The notes beneath the pieces are model-generated. The model saw only the letters and a list, made by a program, of their open reading frames with translations. It did not search any database and was not told where the DNA came from. This document shows, one piece after another, positions 10,008 through 19,955 of a DNA stretch of 64,000 bases. Origin of the DNA: Buchnera aphidicola (Meitanaphis elongallis). GTDB lineage: Bacteria; Pseudomonadota; Gammaproteobacteria; Enterobacterales; Enterobacteriaceae. The DNA lies in assembly GCA_039830015.1 (NCBI GenBank), contig CP140033.1:105233-169232 (forward strand), given 5' to 3'. The position numbers and the translations under genes were made by a program. Within the stretch, counting starts at the first letter, position 1; every line of letters begins with the position of its first letter.

Positions 10008-11354
10008 TTAATTAGTACGCAACAATAATATTCTACGCAAAGTCATTAGAGATGCTGTTATTAGTGCAACGAAAATTCCAATCCAAAATCCAAATGCCCC
10101 CATTTTTGGAACTATTGTATCGGTTAGTGCAAGTAAGTAACCAATGGGAAAACCAATGATCCAATAAGATATACACGTAATAATAAAAATTGTGTGAGTG
10201 TCTTTGTAACTTCTTAAAATTCCGTTTCCTATAATTTGAAAGAAGTCGAAAATTTGGTATGTGGCAGCAACTAACATTATTTTTTCTGTTTGTTTTATAA
10301 CGTCATTATCTGTGGTATACAAAGAGATTATTTTATGATAAAACAAGGAGATAAGTATAGATATTATAGTGGCTAAAACAAATCCTATAGTTTGTGATGA
10401 TATGATAACAGTAGAAATTTTATTTAAATCGTTTTTTCCTAAGTAGAATCCAATGCGGATAGTAGCTGCGGTTCCTATTGACAAAGGAAGAATAAAAATG
10501 AATGAACTAATATTTAAAACAATTTGATGTGCTATAATTTGGGATATGTTTAAAGAGGCTATTAGTAATGTAATTAATGTGAATAATGTAACTTCAAAGA
10601 ACAATGATAGAGCAATAGGTAATCCTATTTTCAATAAGTTCCAGATAATGTATAAATTAGGATAATATTGGTTATTTGTGTAGCGACAAGGTATATTATG
10701 AATTGAGAAATCATTTTTAGTGATTATTTTCATAGAAAAGAACATAAACCAATATACAATGATAGTTGAAAAAGCGCACCCTGTACTGCTAAAATTAAAC
10801 AATAGTAATTGTTTATATAATAACATATAGTTTATTATTACGTTTAGAATAAGCCCCATGAGTCCTACTATCATGGCTGGTTTAGGTCTAAGAAATCCTT
10901 CACATTGATTTTGTATTACTTGAAAATATAGATATCCAGGAGTACTCCACAACAAAGTTTTGATATAGGCAATACTTTTTTTTTCTACTATTGGATCCAC
11001 TTCGCTTATGATGTTAATTATGTAATGAACATTCCATAGGATAATCATTATAACTATAGAAACAAATGTAGCTAACCAATATGCATTTACGATTTGTTTT
11101 AAAATTGTCTCTTTTTTTCCTGATCCATTTATATATGATATAATAGGTACTAAAGATAATAACAACCCATGTCCAAACAGAATAATGGGGTACCAAATTG
11201 ATATTCCAATTGATATGGCAGCTATATCAGTATTATTTAAAGATCCAACCATAAAACTATTGATTAGTCCCATACCAATTTGAGATATTTGAGCTAACAT
11301 AATAGGAATAGTAATTTTTAATAGAGTTTTTATTTCTTTTAGATGTTCTTTCAT
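10008..11354 (-). CDS. norM: MATE-family multidrug/sodium efflux transporter (YdhE/NorM/MdtK-like)
   Basis: 448 aa, highly hydrophobic with about 12 predicted helices. The size and the position next to tRNA-Val(GAC) and ribE match the E. coli ribC-mdtK-valV neighbourhood. Confidence 0.8.
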   Translation of the reverse strand: MKEHLKEIKTLLKITIPIMLAQISQIGMGLINSFMVGSLNNTDIAAISIGISIWYPIILFGHGLLLSLVPIISYINGSGKKETILKQIVNAYWLATFVSIVIMIILWNVHYIINIISEVDPIVEKKSIAYIKTLLWSTPGYLYFQVIQNQCEGFLRPKPAMIVGLMGLILNVIINYMLLYKQLLLFNFSSTGCAFSTIIVYWFMFFSMKIITKNDFSIHNIPCRYTNNQYYPNLYIIWNLLKIGLPIALSLFFEVTLFTLITLLIASLNISQIIAHQIVLNISSFIFILPLSIGTAATIRIGFYLGKNDLNKISTVIISSQTIGFVLATIISILISLFYHKIISLYTTDNDVIKQTEKIMLVAATYQIFDFFQIIGNGILRSYKDTHTIFIITCISYWIIGFPIGYLLALTDTIVPKMGAFGFWIGIFVALITASLMTLRRILLLRTN

Positions 11355-11624
11355 TCCTAGCCTTTTACGACATAATTTATTTTATGTTGCATAAATTTAA
11401 AATATGTAGTTTTATATTATTTTATAATTTTTATGTTACAGAAAATAACATTTTTCTATATTGGAGTGTATTCAAATTTTTTTGATCTTTTATATTTATA
11501 ATCAATCTGAGATATTTTATTTAAAGAAAGAATTAATTTTTTTAGACTACTAATGAAGATCTTTTATAGTTTTTTGTGTTATTTTATAAAATTTTCTATA
11601 TGATTTTTTATATTAGGTTATTTT

Positions 11625-12230
11625 ATGTTTACCGGAATTGTTCGAGATGTTGCAAAAATAGTATGGATAAAAAAATATGAAAGTTTTTTTCAGTGGATTA
11701 TAGAGTTGTATAATATTGACACGAAAACCTTGTTACCTGGATCATCTATATCGTGTAATGGATGCTGTTTAACTGTTAAGTCTGTTGTAGATAGTAGTGT
11801 TAGTGTGGACATTATTCAAGAAACTTTACGGTGTACAAATTTAGGATATCTTAATAGAGGACATTACATTAATATTGAAAGGTCTGTAACATTTGGAGAA
11901 GAAATTGGAGGGCATTTAGTTTCTGGACATATTTTAATGACTGCAAAAATATGTAAAATTAAAATATGTAATCATAATTTTCAATTATGGATTGAGTTAG
12001 ATGATCTTTATTGTATGAAGTATATTTTTTGTAAAGGATTTATATGCATTGATGGTGTTAGTTTGACGGTTGGTATTGTTAAGAAAAACGTATTTTGCGT
12101 ATTTTTAGTTCCAGAAACGATATCTAATACTACTATGAAAGATAAAATTGTAGGTGACTTGGTTAATGTAGAAATAGATTATTTTACTAAGATTACTGTA
12201 GATAGTGTAGAACGATTATTAGGAATTTAA
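11625..12230 (+). CDS. ribE: riboflavin synthase (alpha chain)
   Basis: 201 aa with the canonical N-terminus MFTGIV and the internal repeat (GDLVNVE near the C-terminus). This gene is called ribC in E. coli K-12 nomenclature. Confidence 0.92.
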   Translation: MFTGIVRDVAKIVWIKKYESFFQWIIELYNIDTKTLLPGSSISCNGCCLTVKSVVDSSVSVDIIQETLRCTNLGYLNRGHYINIERSVTFGEEIGGHLVSGHILMTAKICKIKICNHNFQLWIELDDLYCMKYIFCKGFICIDGVSLTVGIVKKNVFCVFLVPETISNTTMKDKIVGDLVNVEIDYFTKITVDSVERLLGI

Positions 12231-12453
12231 TACGTACAATAGTAAATTAATGCATAGAATTTATTTAGGACATACAATTTTATCTTATTTTAAATTTTTT
12301 AGTTATATAAGTTATTTATATTGCAATACTGAAAATTTATAAAAAATAATATTTTTAGCTGCTAATAATTTAATCTTAAATAGATTTAGAATTGTTCATA
12401 TTTTGATTGCACAAACATTGTTGATAGTAACCAATTAATGTAAATAGTAGGGT

Positions 12454-13053
12454 ATGAGTATGTACGGTGGATTATTTTTCATTTGTTTTAAGTAATATAT
12501 TAGTACACAATTTAATTTTAGCACAATTTTGGGATTGTGTCTTTTTCATGGACTTCTTCAAAGTTTAGTTCTACAGTGAGTTTAAAGATGTACTACTTTT
12601 TTTTTGGTAATAACATGTGTTTTTTATTCTATCGTGGGTAGTTAATTCTTGTACATTAGTTTCGTTTAATTTGACGTGTCTTGGAGTTATGACGTATATG
12701 TTGATTGTTTCTGTGAGTGTACAGATCATTGAAATATTAATAAAAAAATTTTAGTCCTATCTTATATAGATTATTAGGTATATGTTTTCTTTTAATTACT
12801 AGTAATTGTTCAGTATTGGCTTATTCCTTTATTAAATGCGTATTCTGATTTTGATCTTTTAGGATCTTTTTTATATGAATGTTTTTCTTCTTTGGGATTT
12901 TTTAGTATTAGTTATCTTTTTTTAATAAGAGAACATTCACTTTTATCTGACGTTTCTGTTCCTTTTCGAGGTAGTTTTATTTTATTAATTACTGCTAGCT
13001 TAATATCTATATCTTTTGTGGGTTTTAATGATTTAGTAGGTATAAATATATGA
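12454..13053 (+). pseudogene. rnfA: rnfA (rsxA) relic, multiple in-frame stops and frameshifts
   Basis: It opens MSMYGGLFFICFK* (stop at codon 14). The relic ILGLCLFHG at about 12526-12552 matches RsxA FLGLCPFMG. The tail PFRGSFILLITASLISISFVGFNDLVGINI* at 12961-13053 matches [30 protein letters not shown]. The span of about 200 codons equals intact size. Confidence 0.85.
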
Positions 13054-13562
13054 TTTTTATTTTACGTTTTTTCTTTTTCTGGTGTTTTGAGTATTATTTT
13101 AGGGTTATTAATGAATTATGTAGTGTACAGATGTGATATAAGGATTTTAATCTTATTGTAGAATGGAATTGATGTACTATTACTATAAACGTAGTGTACG
13201 CAATGTCATTATCCTGGATGTTATGCTTTTATGCCGATGCAAGTAGTTAATAATAATGAAAGTATAGACAAAAGTGCATTCCTGGTGGTAATGAAGTTGT
13301 TTCAAAGATTGTAGATTTTTTAAGTAAGAGTGAACTAAAATGTAGTGTTTGAGTGTTTCTAAGGATGTATATTTTTAGATAGTAATTATTGATGAAGAGA
13401 ATTGTGTTGTTTGTTCAAAATGCAGATTGATTTTTTCTATCGATACTTGTAGTGGAATTGTATAATTTTATGTATATGGTTTGGTTGTTATCTAATATGC
13501 GTGCTGGTTGTGGTTTATGTATGCCTTTGTATCATCCTACTCACTGCATTGAAGAAAAATGA
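13050..13562 (+). pseudogene. rnfB: rnfB (rsxB) relic
   Basis: It has an ATGA overlap with the rnfA relic. *CTQCHYPGCYAFMPMQ at 13192-13242 matches RsxB QCGQCGYPGCRPYAEAI, with a TAG in place of the Gln codon. The tail RAGCGLCMPLYHPTHCIEEK* at 13500-13562 matches CTGCNLCVDPCPTHCISL with cluster cysteines lost. The frame changes between these blocks. Confidence 0.82.
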
Positions 13563-13645
13563 TATTATCTTGTAATTATGTTGAATAATTTTTTAAGTAA
13601 ATATTTATTTAGGTGTTTTAGTATTGTTTTGACTTGTTTGAGAGT

Positions 13646-15216
13646 ATGCTTTTTATATTAGAAAAATGATTTTATGAAAAAAAATCAAATAATTTTTATG
13701 GAGGAATAAGTTGTATATCTATGGAGAGAAATAAATTATCGTTTTAGTTGAATCGTGTATTCCTTTCAAAAATTTCACTATTTTAGTAGATGACATAATG
13801 TTTAAAAAAGAGATTTTAGTTAATATAGGACAAATAGTACTTGTGTGGTCAAGTTTTAGTATTTAGGCTATAAACATGTAGCTCCAATATATTCTTATAT
13901 CTAGATTAATTATAGAAATTTCATATAAGGAGTTTTAATTTTTTTTTAAATAAATGTTTTGGTGTTGTTAATATAAGATCTGACGGAAAGGATAAATAAA
14001 TTGGTTTCATTTCAATAGATAATTATAAATGTATGAGTTTTGATGAACTGTTCTAAATTATTTATAATATTGAAATAATTGGATTAGGAAGAGTTAGATT
14101 TTATCTTTTAAAAACTAAAATACTTTATTAAAAAGTATGTACTTTAGTAGTAAATGCTGCTGAAAGCGAATTGTATGTTGTTTCGAACGGTTGTTTAATA
14201 CAAAATTTCTCAAAAAATTATACAAGGATGTCAAATTGTTATGTGAATTTTAAAGATTAAATATGTTTTAATTACTATGGAGGAGGATAAAATTTAGTAT
14301 ATGTTATAACAAAAAACAAGAATTAAGATTTTTGATAGGTTTTGAAATATGTAAAATAAAGACAAAGTATTCATTTGGAGGTAGTGGGCAGTTACAGTTA
14401 ATAAAGACATTATTTTAATAAAGAAATTTTTTTGGAAAAAGTTTAATAGGCTTAGGAATAGTTATATTTAATATTTCTACTATTTTTTTAATTAAAAAGT
14501 GATATTGAATAATGAATTTTTAACTGAAAGGATTATAATCCTTATCAGATAGACATTTATTATATCAAAAAATGTTTTAATTTGAATTGGAATTCCTATT
14601 CGTCAATGTGTTAACTAAATTTGGAATTAACATTGAGAATAATAGAATTATTATGGGAAGACCGATATTTGGATTAATAATTGATAATACTAGTTTTTCA
14701 GTTCTAAAAGCTACTAATAGTATTTTATGTTTTTTAGCACTTAGGCGTAACTATAAGTAACTAATTAGAATGTCTTTGCATTTGTTCTACTGTTTGTTCC
14801 ACAAGTAATGTCCTTATGCGTTTGTTTCCAGAATAAATTGTATTTTATAGTCGATCTTGTAATCATAATCAGTTTTAACCATCATATTGCATGAATGAAT
14901 GTATTGAATATGGAGTTTGTGAATAAGTGTGTCTAGTAATATTTCTCTTTTAACTTATTTTAAACGAGAGAAGACACGATTAAATGAAATAAAGTGCAAG
15001 AAAAATAGATCTAAAAATTTAAAAATCGTTTTATCTCATCAATTTAGATTGTGTTCTTCAGGATTAGTAAAAAACGTTTTATATTTTAATCATATCTTAA
15101 ATGAAGAGCTTGATAAATATGTTACTCGTAGTAATATTTTAAAATATACAATGATAGAGAAATGTACTTATATGTGGAAAATGGAATTTGAAGTTTCAAT
15201 TTTAGAGTTGAATTAA
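13646..15216 (+). pseudogene. rnfC: rnfC (rsxC) relic
   Basis: MLFILEK*FYEKKSNNFYGGI from 13646 matches RsxC [41 protein letters not shown] at about 14147-14203 matches IINAAECEPYITADDRLMQ. Both ferredoxin-type Cys motifs are degraded at 14777-14835 and 14900-14935. The 95-aa track ORF 14929..15216 is only the C-terminal tail (SSNISLLTYFKREK, compare PSNIPLVQYFRQEK). Confidence 0.88.
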
Positions 15217-15287
15217 AAAGAAACATTGAATAACTTATTAATATATAACAATATTGTTTGTATATTATATAAATTAATTTTTAATAT

Positions 15288-16340
15288 ATGATTATGGATT
15301 ATCGATATACAAAAGTTAGTGACATCTATGTTTGTAGAAATACTAACAATATAATGTTATTAGTAACATCAGTTATGATAATCAGGTATAATAATAGAAT
15401 GTTATTATTTTACGATAGCAGTGTTAATTCAAATACTATTTTCTAGTATTTTATCGATAATATTTGAGGGGTGTATTTTAAAGTTATGTAAAAAATTTAT
15501 ATATGTGAATTTGATTTTTCTTTGATATTTAGTTGGAATTTTATTAGGACTTAGTTTATCTGCTTTTCTATCGTAGTGGATATCAATCTCAGGTTCATTT
15601 TTTTATTGCAGTAATTAAATAGCTATATGGAAGATTAGAATGTAATATATTTTAATCCTGTTATGTCAGGACATGCAATAACATTATTAACATCATTCCC
15701 TTTTTTAATAGTTAGTTGGCCTTTTCAAAACAGTTTGGTATTGTTCGATGTATTAGATATAAAAGATATTATTTCAGTTGTTTTTAATAGTTTAGAGAAT
15801 TATCATGAATAATGTCAAAATTTGGCGATACATCTGTATTTATGATTCAAGTCACTCCTTTAGAATAAATTAAAATATAAAATAGAAATTGTTTAATAGA
15901 AATGTTATTGTTTTTACTTTTTCTTTAGATAATATAATTATTTGTTTTTATTGGATATTAATTAATTTTAGTTTTTTGATAGAAGGAATTTTTTTTATTA
16001 ATGAAGAAAATTGTTTGTTGGAGATTTTTATCTAGTATTTTGCTATCTTTTATTTCTTTCTGTTTCTTAGATTTTTTTATCTTAAACAAACTGATATTTT
16101 TCCATTAATTTAATTATTTCTAGGTAAGTACTATATTAGGAATTTTTTGTTGCTACTGGGTTTTATTACGATTTCAGTTACTAAAATTGGACGTATAATA
16201 TTTGGAGTTTTTATTGGGGTTTTAGTTTGGATTATGCGAACTTTGGAGATTATCTTGATATTATATCATTTTCTATGTTATTTTCTAGTTCTTTTGCCCT
16301 GTTAATAGATTATTATACTAAGTTTAGCATTTATTGGTAA
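15288..16340 (+). pseudogene. rnfD: rnfD (rsxD) relic
   Basis: LVGILLGLSLSAFLS*W at about 15529-15579 matches RsxD LLTGLLLAVSIPPLAPWW. FNPVMSGHAITLLTSFPFLIVSWPF at 15651-15725, in another frame, matches [24 protein letters not shown]. The tail FALLIDYYTKFSIYW* ends at 16340 (compare VPLIDYYTRPRVYG). The span of 351 codons compares with 352 in E. coli. Confidence 0.88.
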
Positions 16341-16344
16341 AATA

Positions 16345-16965
16345 GAAGAATAATCATTTTAAAAAAGAACAATTTGATTACTATATTTTGTTTGTTGTTA
16401 TTGTTACAGAAAGTAGTGTAGTTTCAGTTTACGTATTTACTAAATTTAAAATAATTTCACAAGAAGAAAGTTATCAACAAAAAATTTTAAATGCGATTAT
16501 TTCTGAGAAGTCTTTTAATAATACAAAAATTTTACGTTTTTGTGAGTAATAAATTATTAGGAGATGAGAAAAATCATCGATTTTGGATGATTAAAAAAAT
16601 AATAAATTAAAAGTAATGATTTTTGAAGTAATAGCATCAGATGGATATTTAGGAAATATAAGAGTGATTATTATTTTTAAACAACTAAGAACATAATTTT
16701 AGGTATTTGTATATTAGATCATAACGAAACCCCTGGATCAGGAGATAAAATTGATGTTTGTATTTTAAATCGGATTATTAAATTTTCAGGTATGATGTAG
16801 TTTTGAGATTGAATGATAATAAGTTTTCTTTGAAAAAACATGGAGGTAATATTGATTAATTTACTGGTAACTATTATTACTTCATTAGCAGTAATTAATT
16901 TAATTAAATGTGCTATTAGTTTGGCATTAAGATTTGACATTGAAAGAAGAAACAAGGCTTAAAAT
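16345..16965 (+). pseudogene. rnfG: rnfG (rsxG) relic
   Basis: EVIASDGYLGNIRVIIIF at about 16624-16677 matches RsxG EATAPDGYSGAIQLLVG. HNETPGSGDKIDVCILNRIIKFSG at 16720 onward matches [24 protein letters not shown] and is followed by stops. The boundaries are approximate. Confidence 0.8.
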
Positions 16966-16979
16966 TTTTAATACTGATT

Positions 16980-17680
16980 ATGAATCATTTTATTAAAATT
17001 TTAAATTATGGAATATGGACTAAGAATTTTATTATTAGTATAGTTATTAGGTTTGCTTCCTTATTTTGCCAGTTATAATAAATGTGGTTAATACTTTAGA
17101 ATTAGAGGTATCAAAACATGTATTTTAGTATGTACTAATATAATATCAGTATGTAGATTTTGGATATCGAAAATATTTTTTATGTTCCTATTTATATAAT
17201 GATTATTAGTATGCTGTAGTTAATTACTTCGATTCTTTAGTTCATGTATATTTGTTAAATTTGCGTCGATCTTTAGGTATTTTGTTCTTTTGATTATTAT
17301 TACTTTTGTTATATGTAGTTGATCTGATTTTATGGTTATGTACAGAGTTTCATATTGGTTTCGTTTTTAGATAGATTTTTTAGGATTGGGATCTATTTTA
17401 GTAATTTTTTAGTTGGATTGATTAGAAAAATATTTAGAAATGGAATACTATTTTTTTTAGTTCTGAAAATTTATTTGGGTCTTGGTCTTGTATTTTGTAT
17501 ACAAGAATAATAAGTGTAAAGTATGTTGTATTATTTTTATATCCATTTAGTGCTTTTGTGATTTTAGGGTTTATTTTAGCTGAAATAAATTTTATAAATA
17601 ATAAAATTAGTGTGAGTGATTGTAATTTATGCAAGAACACATGTTTTTTACGTCAAGGAGAAAACAAAAAGATTGAGTGA
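16980..17680 (+). pseudogene. rnfE: rnfE (rsxE) relic
   Basis: MNHFIKILNYGIWTKNFIISIVIRFASLFCQL** from 16980 matches RsxE [32 protein letters not shown]. The tail LYPFSAFVILGFILAEINFINNKI, within track ORF 17495..17680, matches [27 protein letters not shown]. There are many stops in between. Confidence 0.82.
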
Positions 17681-18305
17681 AGATAGATTAAATAAAATTT
17701 TATCAATTTTTTCTAAAGATAATCCTAAACCAAAAATAGAATTAAAATTTTCTTCAAATTTTGAATTGTTGATATCAGTAATATTATCAGCACGATCTAC
17801 TGATCGTATGGTAAATGAAGTTACTAAAAGTTTGTATAGCGTTGCTAATACACCATCTTCTATTTTATTACTTGGTGTTAAGAATTTAAAAAAATATATA
17901 AAAAAATTAGGTTTGTTTAATAAAAAGTCTTCTAATATTATTAAAACTTGTACTATTTTATTACATAAGTATAAAGGAGAAATACCTAACAACATGTTGG
18001 ATTTACAATCTCTACCTGGAGTAGGAAGAAAAACTGCTAATATAGTTTTAAACTGTATTTTTAAAGAAAAAACTATTGCAGTAGATACTCATGTATTTAG
18101 ACTATGTAATAGAATAGGACTTATAAAAGAAAATACAGTTTTCAATACAGAAAAAAAATTACTTAAAATAGTTCCTGAACAGTTTAAATTGAATTTTCAT
18201 AATTGGTTTGTTTTACATGGTCGTTATATATGTATGTCTAGATTTCCTAAGTGTTTTATATGCTCAATTAATCATTTATGCGGATTTAAATACAAGCGTA
18301 TGTAA
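17673..18305 (+). CDS. nth: endonuclease III (DNA glycosylase/AP lyase)
   Basis: The helix-hairpin-helix LPGVGRKTANIVLN and the 4Fe-4S ligands CMSRFPKCFICSINHLC (C-x6-C-x2-C-x5-C) are intact. There is no in-frame ATG. TTG at 17673, preceded by AAGGAG at 17655-17660, gives 210 aa (E. coli has 211). GTG at 17616, the track start, is the alternative. Confidence 0.9.
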   Translation: MSEDRLNKILSIFSKDNPKPKIELKFSSNFELLISVILSARSTDRMVNEVTKSLYSVANTPSSILLLGVKNLKKYIKKLGLFNKKSSNIIKTCTILLHKYKGEIPNNMLDLQSLPGVGRKTANIVLNCIFKEKTIAVDTHVFRLCNRIGLIKENTVFNTEKKLLKIVPEQFKLNFHNWFVLHGRYICMSRFPKCFICSINHLCGFKYKRM

Positions 18306-18622
18306 TACATAATTTAATGATATAGTTTATAGTTTTTTACAATTTAAACTGTATGAATTTTTATTTGATATAATTTTGGATAAAGTAATTACTGTGTGAG
18401 ATGGTATATTTTTTTGAAACGTCATGAAATGAACATGCTATATTACATTTGTTGCTATTTAGTAAAATTTTTAACAGTATGTTATGAGAAATAGTACGTT
18501 AGATTTTTTATTTTAATCGTTATGTATATTTGAATAAGTAGTTAAAATAATAATATAAATTTAGTATTAATAATATTATTTTAACAATTAATATGTTTTA
18601 TATTTAATATAAGGATATTGTT

Positions 18623-19897
18623 ATGTTTAAAATTAATTTAATTCATGAATTTAGACGTAGAAGTTTAATAAAACAAAGTACTAATGAAAAAAAATTAATT
18701 CATGCTATTGAAAACAATAGTATTACTTTGTATTGTGGTTTTGATATTACAGCAGATAGCTTGCATATAGGTCATATTTTGCCGTTATTATGTTTGAAAA
18801 GATTTCAAAATGCTGGTCATAAACCTATTGTTTTAGTAGGAGGTGCAACTAGTTTAATTGGTGATCCAAGTTTTAAAATTTTTGAAAGGAAATTGAATTC
18901 AATAGAATTAATTGATTCTTGGAAACAAAATATTACTAATCAAATTTCTCGTTTTTTAGATTTTGGTCCTGATTTTAATAGTGCAGTAATTGTAAACAAT
19001 TATGAATGGTTTGAAGGTTTGTCTCTATTAAAATTCTTACGTTTGGTAGGAAAGCATTTTTCTGTTAATAAAATGATTGCTCGAGATGCAGTTAAAAAAA
19101 GAATTAGTCGTATAGATACAGGTATTTCATTTACAGAATTTTCTTATAATTTATTGCAAGCTTATGATTTTTCTATTTTGCATGATAGATATAATGTAAC
19201 GTTGCAAATTGGAGGATCGGATCAATGGGGAAATATTATATCAGGAATTGATTTAATTCGCAAATTATATCGAAGTGAAACGTTTGGTTTAACGCTTCCC
19301 CTATTAACTCAGAAAAATGGAACTAAGTTTGGAAAAACAGAAAATAATACAATATGGTTAGATTCATATAAAACTAGTCCTTATAAATTTTATCAATACT
19401 GGATTAATATATCTGATTGTGATGTATATAAATTTTTGAAGTTTTTCACTTTATTAGAGATGTCAGAAATAGATTTAATAAAGTCTCATGCTTCTATTGA
19501 AGAATTAAATAAAGCTAAGTTGTTCTTAGCAGGATATCTTACTAAGATGATACATGGGAAAAGCGGAGAAGAATCAGCTAAACGCATTTCATCGTGTTTA
19601 TTTTATAGGAATTTTCTAGATATGCAAGAATCTGATTTTCTTCAGTTGGAACAAGACAGCATGCCTTCAATTAAAGTATCTGGAATTCGAGATTTGCAAC
19701 AAATATTAGTAGATTCTTGTTTAGCTTGTTCTCGTACTCAAGCTAAAAATATGATTATGTCTAATGCTATTGCTATTAATAATGTTAAGCAAAACAATGC
19801 GACATATGTTTTTTCAAGCAATGATATGTTGTTTAAAAAATATACTTTGTTATCTAGAGGTAAAAAAAATTTTTGCTTAATATGTTGGATAAAATGA
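18623..19897 (+). CDS. tyrS: tyrosyl-tRNA synthetase
   Basis: 424 aa with the HIGH motif (ADSLHIGHILPL), the KMSKS variant KFGKT and the E. coli-like C-terminus LLSRGKKNFCLICW. Confidence 0.96.
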   Translation: MFKINLIHEFRRRSLIKQSTNEKKLIHAIENNSITLYCGFDITADSLHIGHILPLLCLKRFQNAGHKPIVLVGGATSLIGDPSFKIFERKLNSIELIDSWKQNITNQISRFLDFGPDFNSAVIVNNYEWFEGLSLLKFLRLVGKHFSVNKMIARDAVKKRISRIDTGISFTEFSYNLLQAYDFSILHDRYNVTLQIGGSDQWGNIISGIDLIRKLYRSETFGLTLPLLTQKNGTKFGKTENNTIWLDSYKTSPYKFYQYWINISDCDVYKFLKFFTLLEMSEIDLIKSHASIEELNKAKLFLAGYLTKMIHGKSGEESAKRISSCLFYRNFLDMQESDFLQLEQDSMPSIKVSGIRDLQQILVDSCLACSRTQAKNMIMSNAIAINNVKQNNATYVFSSNDMLFKKYTLLSRGKKNFCLICWIK

Positions 19898-19955
19898 ATT
19901 AAATTAATGTAATTAATCATTTTTTAAATTTTTGTTTTAAAGATCAAGTTAGTGA

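Noticed and set aside
14929-15216. A 95-aa + strand ORF in the gene desert, considered as a possible novel small gene.
   Set aside because: Its N-terminus (V)SSNISLLTYFKREK aligns with RsxC CPSNIPLVQYFRQEK. It is the out-of-frame C-terminal tail of the rnfC pseudogene. It has a GTG start, no Shine-Dalgarno, and the catalytic part is missing.
16719-16955. A 78-aa minus-strand ORF in the gene desert.
   Set aside because: The + strand at the same place encodes the RnfG relic HNETPGSGDKI..., so the minus ORF is an antisense shadow of a pseudogene.
17434-17680. The overlapping ORFs 17434..17640 (minus strand) and 17495..17680 (+ strand).
   Set aside because: The + strand ORF is the C-terminal remnant of rnfE (compare [20 protein letters not shown]). 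The minus-strand ORF is its antisense shadow. Neither is a stand-alone gene.
18542-18584. The inverted repeat TTAAAATAATA / TATTATTTTAA upstream of tyrS. Similar 6-7 bp AT-only palindromes occur in other spacers, for example ATGATAA/TTATCAT near 20440-20465.
   Set aside because: These are pure A/T, short, and expected by chance in spacers with more than 85% A+T.
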